This document shows, piece by piece, positions 13,770 to 25,170 of a stretch of 64,000 bases of DNA. The translations under genes and the position numbers were made by a program. The notes under the pieces were generated by a model, which was not told where the DNA came from, did not search any database, and was given only the letters and a program-made list of their open reading frames with translations. Origin of the DNA: Narcine bancroftii (lineage: Eukaryota); assembly GCF_036971445.1 (NCBI RefSeq), contig NC_091473.1:41602001-41666000 (forward strand), in the 5' to 3' direction. Within the stretch, counting starts at the first letter, position 1. Each line of letters starts with the position of its first letter.

Positions 13770-14475
13770 AATGCAGCCCAATCATACATCTCTCAAGATT
13801 GCCAGGCAGGTTGATAGTATAGTAAAGAAGACCTATAGGATGCTGGCTTACATGTCAGGGGATTGTCTTCAAGAGCCGAGAGGTCATGGTACAACTCTAC
13901 AAATCTCTGGTGAGACCACACTGAGAGTATTGTGTTCAGTTCTGGTCACCTCATTATTGGAAGGATGTGGAAGCTGTGGAGGGGGTGCAGAGGAGGTTTA
14001 CCAGATTGTTGCCTGGATTGGAAAATGTCTTATGAGGCAAGGTTAACAGAGCTATGGGTTTTCTCTTTGGAGCATGGAAGGATGAATGGTGACTTAATAG
14101 AGGTCTACAAGTTTCTGAGATGCTATATATATAAGGACAACCAGCACATTTTTTCCAGGGTGGGAATAGCAAACACCAGAGGACATCTGTTTTAAAAAAA
14201 AAAGGAAAAAAGTTTAGGGGAGACATCAGGGGTAATTTTAAAAAAATACATACAGAGTTGTGAGTGCCTGGAATGCCTTGCCCGGGGTGGTGGTGAAGGA
14301 TGAAATATTTGGTGCATTTAAGAGACTCTTAAACAAGTACATGGATTAAAAAAAAATAGAGGGTTACAAGGTAGGAAGAATTTAGTATTTTTTGCTAGGA
14401 ATACACAGGTCAGCACAACATCAAGGGCTGAAGGACCTGTACTATTTTGTAATGTTCTATGTTCTAACTCTATGA
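13770..14475 (+). mobile_element. CR1-type LINE 3' fragment
   Basis: LYKSLVRP.LEYCVQFWSP-like sequence, GDLIEVYK motif, gttctatgttcta tail. Confidence 0.8.
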
Positions 14476-15182
14476 GTCTCTTCAGTTATCCGTTGCTTAT
14501 TCAAGAAACAAAAAAGGTTTTTTTTTGGTTGCAAAGGTAGACATAGGAGGGATTTGTAGAACAAAGGGGATATATCTGAATATATCTGGTTAATCAGATT
14601 ATGCTTCTTTGTCTGGTTTGCTCTCTCTGAGTGAGAGCAAGGCTATGGGAAATGACCAGGGAGAAAAATAAGTTTGAAATATGTTACAAAGGCTTGTGAC
14701 GCTTCAAATAAACAAGCAAGCATCCCAAATGGGACACATTTAAGTTCCTGGGGGACTGGAGATGGAGAATGTATAATGGCTCCCATAAGTTTACCATTTT
14801 GTCAAGATACAGAGGTGTCAGGAAAATGGATCATTTCAAATGTAACACCCCAGTACACAAAGATCATGAAATAAAACTACAAGATAATCAGTTTAAAGTT
14901 AGTTGTGGGGAATGTTTTAGAAACAATAATTAGGGCAAAATTGATAGGGCTTTTATGAAGTTTGAGCTGATAATGGTGAGATTTAATAGATTTTCTAATG
15001 ACAAATCTGCAAACATTTTGCTGTACTTCACAATATTGTCAGTAATGAACAAACCAGTCTTTGTTTCCACACCATGACTATGAAAAAGTTAATACTTTTG
15101 ATAAATACTATCATTAAGATGTATTTTCACACATGTTAGGAGGCAAGACATTTAAAATGATCCTAACAGATAATGCTGCTGC

Positions 15183-15475
15183 TGTGGTGCACTGTTAGCC
15201 AGAATCAGACACACACAAAGATAAAGACTGAACAACAGGCTTTAATCTACAAAGACTTCCACAGAGTCAGGCTGGCTGTGGCTGCAGCAACTCTGAGTGA
15301 GGCCTCGGGAGGCCGATGCAGGCTTATATCCCAGAGGGTGATTGACACCCGACCGGATGGGGCTTGGTCCATTCAGGCCAACTGATTGACAGCCGGCCAG
15401 TTGCTGTCTTGTCCCCTTACACTCCTGCAGGTACAGAGGTTTCCCCCTGCAGTAGGCCGGTGGTGTACCCCCACA
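15183..15475 (-). mobile_element. Solo LTR (~293 bp)
   Basis: TG...CA termini with imperfect inverted ends (TGTGGTGCAC...GTACCCCCACA); near-TSD gctgc/gctcc; TATA-like and ATTAAA signals on the - strand. Confidence 0.7.
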
Positions 15476-15825
15476 GCTCCCTTGTGGCCTTGGTTCATTC
15501 CTGACCTCAGTGTTTCTCACGTATCCATTTGCACGACCGCCCTGTGACTATGCAGGGTTCTCTCAGTGCTCTGGCTTCATCAAGTATCCCAAAGATGTCT
15601 TGGTTGCAATGTCAAGTGGATACTGCAAATCATTCCAAACATAGGTAGTAAGAGTTAACAGACATGTAGGATGGACTCAAGTTGAGGTATGAGACTGAGG
15701 GGTTGCTCTAGGACCTAGTATTGACTCCACGAGGCATTTAGCCTCTTTTATGGATGAGAAGTACAAATTATTCATGATGGTTTAAAATTGAGTTGTTCTG
15801 AATCTCAGTTATAAGTAGTATGATT

Positions 15826-16272
15826 TTTTTTTAAACTTTATTTAAAGATTTTATCACAGGAATAAAAAGAAAAATTACATTTAAAAAAAAATAAAATAAA
15901 GTAATTTTATTTTACAACATCAGTAACCTAACTTAATTCAAACTAACCCCCCCCCCACAACATACAAGGACTAAAAAAAACCCCACCCTTCCCCTCCCCC
16001 AAAATAAAGAGTGAAGAATTAGTAAAATTAATAATATTATATATTAAAAAAAGCACACACAAAGAAAAAAAGAATAACAAATAAAAATAGTAAAAAAAAA
16101 TTTATCAAATCTAAAATATCACATCAGGAACATACTTAAATCAAACTTAATTGCATATACTTAACAAATGGAGTCCACTTCAACTTATAAAAAGACATCC
16201 TATCTTGAATTGAAAAAGATATCCTTTCCATAATTAAACAAGACTTCATCTCTAAATACCACCTATCCAAAG
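15826..16272 (-). mobile_element. Short 5'-truncated L1-type insertion with 13-bp target-site duplication
   Basis: Poly-T and TTTATT at the left end; TSD aagtagtatgatt at 15813-15825 and 16273-16285; ORF2 end (WTPFV) on the - strand. Confidence 0.85.
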
Positions 16273-16928
16273 AAGTAGTATGATTGAGACTGTTTTTCTG
16301 AGGAGTTGATGAAGTATTTTGAATAGAAAACTTCTTTAATTATCATGATTAAGAAATTGGATTCAACATCTTACTCTTGGTTGCTCAAAATACATCTGGT
16401 TCAGTAATAATTGGGTGCTGGGGTGGCGGGCGGGGGGGGAAGATTTCTTCAGGAACATGAAAGTCGACAAATTTAATTCCAGGATATTTTCTTTAAATTT
16501 CATTTCTTGTTTGTGTTATTTGAGTGCCAAGTCAAAAAGTTAACAATGGAAAATTGTGTTTGTGAACTTATCCAGCAACTGGAAAAAAAAGGGGTTGTCC
16601 GGGTAAGAAAGTACATCAGTGGGAAAGTATGAATGAAAGACCATTCCATTCTTAAAATTGTTAGGCAGAAAGCAAAGTTCACAGTTGAAAGATTTGAGGG
16701 CTGGGAGGAGTGGGGCAATAGTGGAGTGATGATGGGGAAAAACTGCTCCACATCCTAATTTTAAATTGTAGCGGCCTGAGGCACTTCTATTTATGTGGCT
16801 GACAGTAAACCCACTGATGTCATTAAAACAATTTGCAGTTACATCTGAAAATTTTACATTTTTTGTATGAAAATTAGAACATATTTTGCCAACAGATTGC
16901 TAACAATGCCTTTTTGTTTGCTTTGCAG

Positions 16929-17170
16929 CACTTAATGTTACTTTGATGTGTCCAACAACCGATATAATGAGCCCAAACCATCTGACTTATATTCGGCTTG
17001 AGAAAAATAAGCTGAAAAGCCCAGTAAATACATATATCTACGCCTGCTTTCCTCGGCTTCGAAATTTTGTTTTTGGTGAACAGGACACCGTACCAGTCAT
17101 TGAAACTCAAGAAGTTCCTAGATTGGCTGGAACACCAATGTTGGCACTAATGAAAGAATCAGATAATTAA
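16929..17170 (+). CDS. OMD: Osteomodulin, last coding exon
   Basis: Acceptor ctttgcag ends at 16928, phase 1 matches; encodes (T)LNVTLMCP...HLTYIRLEKNKLKSPVNTYIYACFP...FGEQ...ESDN*; spliced CDS is 1152 nt = 383 aa. Confidence 0.95.
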
Positions 17171-17997
17171 GTCAATTACTTACCATAACTTACATAATGT
17201 ACTAACAACTTCCAAGACATAGTATGAAGTAGTTTTTCTTTCCTACTACATAGAAATCCATGATTCAAGATTCCTTTGTTATGTAATAACACAAAAAATG
17301 AAATATTACCCAAAATGTCCTTTTACATGCCATAAGGGTCACCATTAGTATTACCATTAATAGTAAGAGAGAAGGAGTAGGAAAAGAGAGTCCTTTCAGC
17401 ATCACTGAATGTCCATGGTTTCATCACAAGTGCTCTCACAGCCTCTGCAAGCAGACAACCCGACCTCCAGATCCAAAACTCTGACATGATCAAGAAGCCT
17501 TCGGTACCAGAGTCCCTTCTTGCCCTCAGCACCCTCACGAATTCCAGTTCTGATACCAATATCTGGATCCCATGAACCAGTCACCAGCAGCCCGCAGCCT
17601 GTTTGAGCCCCTCAACCATAAGTGTCTGACTACATGTGTGGGTCCTTTAGCCACTGAGCCCCTCGCTGGTCACCACCATGTAGGGTCGTCTCCTCTGCTT
17701 CTCTTTCTCAACGGGGGAAGTGTTGCCTTGTGATGGGTGGTTGGACCCTGCGGAGCAGCCTGTGTCTTCACTCCCCATTCTCCTGGGTCCATGCTGTTAC
17801 AGCAGCTCTCACCATTTTTTTGCCACATAGGCAGAAGAAAAAGTACTATTCTTGATGTCTTGTTTTCTCCATTATCAAAATTTATGCACAAAAAAAAAAT
17901 CACATTGTCTCATAAATAACTTCTGGGTAGGTCAACTATTTAGCACTGAGCTTTTGCGCTATTTGAAACAACAAAAACATTTTTTTAAATTTTAAAC

Positions 17998-18126
17998 CAG
18001 TGATTTTCAAACTTTTTCTTTCCATTCACATGCCACCTTAAGTAATCCCTTACTATTCACAGAACACCTATAGCACAGGGATTACTTAAGGTGGTATGTG
18101 AGTGGAAATAAAAAATTTGAAAACTA
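17998..18126. mobile_element. Palindromic hAT (Charlie-like) MITE
   Basis: Starts CAGTG; ~50-bp inverted arms; 8-bp TSD ttttaaac at 17990-17997 and 18127-18134. Confidence 0.8.
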
Positions 18127-21100
18127 TTTTAAACTAACTCTTATAAATAAATATATGGGGAATTCAATGAAGAATTGAAGAAAAAATGTTTGCAGGCCCA
18201 TGATCATCTCAAAATGTATGCTCTCATTGCTAATGTCCCAGAATCAGGATATACCTCTTTGTCCTCAGCTTTTGCCCAATCACTGATGAAAGTTAATAAA
18301 TCCACACCATTAATGTGGCGAAAGTCCAAAGATATCTTCTCCTCCCTGCGATAACTCTTGTTTCCTCTCCACAGATGTTACCTGACATATTTGCAGTTAG
18401 ATCATTTTTTTTAAAATATTTCAGAAAGATGGGACACTGAGAGAACAAAGTTTATTAAATCTGTTGTGCCATTGAAATGCAAGACTCATCAGTTCTGGCT
18501 ACACTTGGAGCTTAACCATGAAATAGACAACCCTAAAATGCAGTTCTTGCACACATGGTAGCCAATGCAAGGAAAACCAAAAGAAGTAGCCAATAATATA
18601 TAGTATACTTTTCTTATTACAATTATTATAAACATTGTTACCCAAATTATCAAAGTAATTTTAAGTACTGCATGAACACTTCAAATTCAGGAAAGACTGA
18701 GTGTGAGCTAAAATTATCTCAACTATGAAGACTAAATTGAAAGGGATACCATAATTGAAAGATGTTGACATAACAATAGTTGGAAGGGAATGAGATTATC
18801 TCCATTCAAGAGCAGGAAAGTACACTTAAACCAATAGCAATTTTCTATTTAAATATGTAATATCACTTCTATTTTCCACTTTAACCAGTGTCAGTGCTCC
18901 ATTCATTTTAACCATGCATGAACGAAAAAAAATTATTTGATTGTACAGTGCAGTATTCAACTGCAATATGTGAATAATGTTATAAAGTCAATGTTTAAAA
19001 AACACTCAAGCTTTTAAAAACAGAAACAAAAAGTCAAGCTCTTGCTGAGAAATATTACCTTGTGAAATATGTTTTTCTTTTACCATTTCCTTTTTAAAAA
19101 CTGGTGCATCCAGTTGGCAGCTATATAAAAAAAATCTGCATCACAGAAAAAAAAGATTGGACAGAAATCTAACATCAGCAGTGAGGTTCTTTATGGTCTT
19201 ATGCACAGATTTATGCTACATTGAATTTAATTTCAAGTAATTTTGTTGTTTTCATTTATCTTATTTCTTGAAATATTGTTGCCAAATATGATATTGTCAA
19301 GGCCATACTCAAGTTGTTAATTTTGTCTGCAAGGAACAGCAAGAGACTACGATTACTTGTGATTACTTATATTTGTCTTTGTATGTTACAGTAATGCCTA
19401 TATTCTCTTATGTATTGCATATTTTCTTATAGCCTATTACATATTATCAACCAAATAAGCAGCTTCATGTCTTCTCAAAGATGGAAGATTTATCCACATT
19501 TCTTTAATCAATTTTATTTTGCTAAATAAAACATGTATGATTCCATGATTATGTTTAAAGATGCTTGATATCAATACATACCAGGAAATAAGAAAAGATT
19601 TAATTTTGTCTATGGCCTTTCATGACCTCAGCACTTCATAAGCTTTTTCAAAAGTATTGTGAAGAGCAGACACTGAAGGAAATAGGAAGATGAGATAGGG
19701 ATGGTGAAAAATGCAGTACAAAAGACAATGAATTGACATTGAAAAAGAACAGGATGAACAAAGTTGATGTGGTGAGGCAGAGAAAAAAAGGGCGAAGATG
19801 AAGGGCAGCAGGGGAATATTATCTACATATATGATCAATCTGAAAGGGTGGCTGGATGATCTAAGTTAGACCTTTTTTTAATAGTTCAAACAATTTAATT
19901 CACACCCCATGCAATCAGGAAGTAGCAGTGTGTATTGAACAGAGCAATGGCTGCAGACCCTGCTAACATTCTGTCTGCTGTAAAAATGTTTGCTCCAGAA
20001 TTAAATAGTTAAATTGTATTACAACATGGTCCAAAAATGACAATGATAGTGGCTCTCCAGTACTTTGAGGTGCCTCCTATAGGTAGTGCATGACTCAGAG
20101 TGAGGTTTTGGTCTTCAAACACTTTTTTCCCCTCAGACAGCCAAAGGGTCTGCTGGGATTCCATTGACAATGGTGATATTCATCATTGGATGTCTTCATT
20201 AAGAGATAGCACCCAATATTTGCAAAGTGGCCCACATCTTCCAAGATAACAGCATGACCAAAGTAACGATCATGGTGTATCTTTATTGTTGGAGAGTGAT
20301 GTACAGCAGAGAGTTAAATGAGCACTTTGCTGGAGGCTTCTTGTTTAGTGATAGTTAAACATAGGACTATTCTCTTGTATGCTTCAGAAAATGAAGTTGC
20401 AGTTTTAATTCCAACTGTGTATCTATCCAAGTGTCACCTATGTACTGCAGATTGATGAAGAAGTTAGGGTGTTGTTGGTACTTAGCAAGTTAAGCAGAAA
20501 AAATGTTAGAGTACTTTGATATGCACCCCATTTTGAGGAATTTGGTCAAGAGCATGCAACCAAAGAAACTGTAAGAGATTACCACGTGATGGTGAAAAAA
20601 ATTAATTATATTTTCAAAGCCACTGTGCAAAAGATGGACACCTCTAACAATTCACAAAAATTGCTGGCACTGGACCACTAGAAGCGGCATAGGAACAGCC
20701 AGGATGGTACTGAGAATCTCAGGTTAATTTTCTGGGAGCATACAGAAGCCACAAGCAAACAGTGAAAGAGCTCACCTCATCTAAAACTATTCAATGGCCT
20801 ACCAGGTCAATGACCTCCACCTCACAAGTGGGAGAGGAACCTCACCACACTTCAAATCCACTGAAATGCAGTGAAACCAGTTAATCCTTAATCCCAAGGG
20901 ACCTTCAAAGTATGTTAAATATAGCAACGGTGTAATTATTGAAATATCCTCGCAGAACAGTTAAAATGAACAAACAAGGACAATTAGGGATGGATAATAA
21001 ATTCTGGCTTTGCCAACAATGCTTATTTTGCAAATAATGGAATAAAAACAATAGTCAAGTTGACAGTAGTTTGAACAGAGAAAAAATTGACCTTTAAATC

Positions 21101-21289
21101 ATCACAACTCAAAATTTTAAGGCCAATGTTCAATGAATTATCATTCCATTCTGCCCTTATTTCTCTATTCTCAATGCCTATATGTACAAAATCCTGTTAT
21201 TTTCTTATATATTAAGTTGAACCATACACAATGAATGACAGGGCCTAAAAAAGTGTTATAGAATATAGTTCCCTGAAAGGTAGACAACT

Positions 21290-22530
21290 TGCAGGGCTTT
21301 CTGCTCAAAAATATTGGTGTCTCCATACTTGAACATTATGCTGCCAGTCAGCACACTTTCCACGACACATCTGTAGAAGTTTGCCAAGGTTTTCAATGTC
21401 ATATCAAACCTCCACAAGCTCCTGAAAAGGTAGAGGCGCTACCATTCTTTCTTCACAATGACATTCATGTTGGGTCCAGGAAAGGTGCTCTGAAATAACA
21501 GCTCACAGGAATTTAAATTTGCTCACCCTCTCCACCTCTACCTCTGATCTGCCAATGATCACTGAATCGTGCACCTCTAGTTTTCTAACCTGAAGTCCAG
21601 AATCATCTCCTTCGATTTGGTGACATTGAGTGTGAGGTTCTTGTTAGTACACCATTCAGCCAAGTTTTTAATCTTCTTCCTTTATGCTGACCATTCACTT
21701 CTTTTATACATCCCACTACTGTGCATTGTCAGCAAATTTGTAGATGGTGTAATTGTTGTATCTTGCCACATAGTCATAGGTGTAAAGTGAGTGGAGCAGG
21801 GGACTAAGATCACAGCTATGTGGTGCTCTGGTATTAATGGAGATGGCCTCACTGATTGTGGACTGGAGGTCAGGAAATCTATGATCCAATGACACAGTGG
21901 AATATTAAAGCCCAGATCTTGAAGTTTGTTGATCTATTTTGAGGGGATGATGGTGTTGAATGCCGAACTGTAGTCAATAAAGAGCAACCTGATATATCCA
22001 TCTTTTGCTCTGCAGGTTTTCGAGTGCTTTGTGTAGAGCTAGTAAGGTGGCATCTGCTGTAGATCTGTTCTTATGGTAGACAAATTAGAATGGATCTATG
22101 TCACCTCTTCTTGGGCACTGGCAGGATTGAGGCCTGTTTGAAAGAAATGGGTACCATGCCCTGCCAGAGTGAGATATTGAAGATATCTGTGAATAAATTG
22201 GCAAGTTGGTCAGCACAGGTTTTCAGTACTCAGCTGGGTACTCTGTCCTGACCAGATACTTTCCTTGGATTAACTCTCCTGAAGGCAGCCCAAACGTCAT
22301 CCTCAGATACTGACAGTAGAGGATCATTGGGGTCATGGAGATGCACAATGGCTTTTCCTTATTCTGGTTAAATATGAGCTCATGAGGGACTTCATGGATG
22401 CAGGTCATCAGCTCATTTGGTCCCAGCATCCAGAATATGTAGAAGGCTTTGAATTCATCTGGGAGTGAAGCTTTGCACCGGATTTGGTTTTGTAGCAGGT
22501 TATGTCATTAAGGTCATGCCACAGCTGTCC
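21290..22530 (-). mobile_element. Degraded Rex1/Babar-like LINE RT fragment
   Basis: - strand remnants of [30 protein letters not shown] and YKFA-DNA motifs; clade assignment tentative. Confidence 0.65.
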
Positions 22531-25005
22531 CTACTGCTCTTGCCCTTTTCAGTGTCAAAGGTCATGGATTTGGGAGGTCTTAACAAAATACATGGATTAC
22601 TGCAGTTCATTCTGTAAATAACATACACTGGAGCTCTATGAGGCTGGTAATGAGTTAGTCAAAAGGTCAAGTTTGGGGGGAAAAAACCTCTCATTTGCGA
22701 TGTTGACCATTAAAACATTTTTTACAATGATCAAAAACAAACAAGATGACAATTACATTGCAACACCTTATTTCAGATCTGCACATCACATTCACATTTG
22801 CATAAATACTTCAATATTTTAGCACATATGTTTTTTACATTATTTATGAAATACATACTTCTCCACCCCCTCAACTTAATTTATTAAACAGAAAGCCCAG
22901 AGGTCAGAATCATTGATCAAAATAAGAGGGAAATTTATTGTCCTTTAGAATTAATGGTTAACTCTTAGTTCATAAAACACAAAGTTCTTCAAAATATTTT
23001 TGAATGAATCATTGTTATCAGAAAGAAATGTTAGAGCTAATAACAATTTAAACATATTTTAGCAGAAAGTAGTTTTGAAAAGATATGATACAACATGGAA
23101 CAAATTATAGAACATATAAACAGTACAACAAAGGAACAGGCCCTTTTGCACAACATGTCTGTACTGAACATGACGTCCAAATCAAACTAAAATTCTACTG
23201 CTTTCACTTGATACATATCCCTCTATTCCCTATATAATAATGTATATAGCTAGAAGCCTCTTAAGCATGACTATCATATTTTCTTCCATGACTACTCCAA
23301 GTAAATCAAGGCACCTACTACTCTCTCTGTAAAAATAAAGCATCCTGCATTTCTCCTTCAACCACCACCCACCCTCATTCACCTTCTCAACTTAAATGGA
23401 TCAATGATTGGAAACCATCAATTTTTCTTTCAGTCAATGGAAGCAAGTAGAGCAGATTTCTCCATGCATTTATAAAGTACACATGATTTTACAGAGGCCT
23501 ACATGTAAACTAGTTGAGAATGTCTGTCTGTTGCTCTGGATGCTTTGGTCACATTGGACAAATAAAATATTTCCTTCGGGCACCATTTCACCAGCTTACT
23601 CAGATGCGTCTGACACCCTTGGGAGTGCTCTCTCACCCCTCCTCATCATTGCAATATCCATTCATTCATTAGGAACCCTTCCATGCTGGAAGAATGTTGT
23701 TTGCACTGTGGTAATAGATTGCACCTGCTGGGCTACATGCCAGCAACGTGAAAACTTGCAATATATCAGCAGTGAACAGTATACATCAATAGGGAATAGC
23801 TTGCATCATTTATGTTAGTTCTATCTCAGCAATGCATAGAGAAGCCTCACAATATTGAACATCGAATTTGGCAACTGAAATTCACAGATTTCATGTGCTT
23901 TTCATAACAGTATTCAGGCAATGTACAACTGTTTTAATGCCAGAAAAAATTGTAATGGAAATATTTATAGGTCATATTTTAAGTTATGGATTTAACCCAA
24001 ACTATTTTATGTAGTTCGATAGGTGTTTCAAATTTTCTCTGCAAAACTATTGAATCTTTGGGATATGATCATCAATCTAAGGATTTTTTTTTACTACCAA
24101 AGGAAATAACACTTCACCTGCAAGAATACACATGACCAAAATATACATCATGCTCCTTGCTTAGCCTGTTCAATTTATGAATTTTCACTCATTAAATGTT
24201 TTCCATGCAAGTAATTCTTGTGTAAATTGAGGAATGGCTGTATTTGAAAAATAACTTGGGCCAAAACTTGCTTGGGAAAACTGGCAACGAAAGGTTAAAA
24301 AAAAGTGCTTAGAAAAGATTGGTGGCATTACCAATCCATCAACCGGAGTTGTCTCAATGTGTCATTTACAAAGGTATACCATGAAGTGTCCATTTGTCTG
24401 AAACATTCTCTTTCCCATACAAATTTAAATTCTGAATAAAATAGAACAAAAATGGCAATTTTGATCATTCCATTCCAAGTTTATAGGTTCCAATCAGTAA
24501 ATGGAAAGTTGGAAATGAAGAAGCTAAGAGTGCCCCTACCCACAACCCCACAAAAATAATGCAAATCTGGCCTTGCCAGTCCTGGCTTAAATTGGGGTGT
24601 TGGTTTGGCTCTCAAATCTCCTTCCAAATTTAAATATGGCCACATCCTATAATCATGGACATAAAAATGCACTGACATTAAGAATGTTAGCTTAAAACAC
24701 AAGATCCCCAATGTAGCTGAAATATTTGAAAAACGATTAGCTACCAATGTAATTAGCTTTTTATTGCTCTGTTAAGAATTTACTGAGTGGCTGCATGAAC
24801 AAGACTGCTATTCCAACTAAGAGTGGAGTTCAGGGGGTTAAGAAACATCACGCAGTCTCATTCTTCTGAAACTTCTGGCACCAGCTGGTGAAAGCTTTAA
24901 ATACTGATTTGACAGATTTTGTCTCAACGGCAAGGCACTGTTCTGTCCAGTATTTCAGCTTTTCAATTTTTTTCAGAACTTATTTTTCTTGGTTTTCGGT
25001 TCAAA

Positions 25006-25170
25006 ATGAACTCTATGTGTCTTATACTTTTTATGATAATGTTTGTACAATTAGTATTCACAGCACCAGCTAATAAGGAAGATGATTTTTTTGTGCGCCA
25101 TTTGGAAGCAGAATCTCTTGGTGGAGTATTTGTAAATGAAGATCATCCACAAGAAATAAAACAAGTACAG
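25006..25170 (+). CDS. OGN: Osteoglycin (class III SLRP), first coding exon (signal peptide)
   Basis: Acceptor tttcag ends at 24976; ATG at 25006; hydrophobic signal MNSMCLILFMIMFVQLVFT-AP; phase-0 donor CAG|GTAATA at 25170/25171. Confidence 0.8.

Noticed and set aside
20540-20900. Possible RTE-type LINE 3' remnant
   Set aside because: Too degraded to support a call
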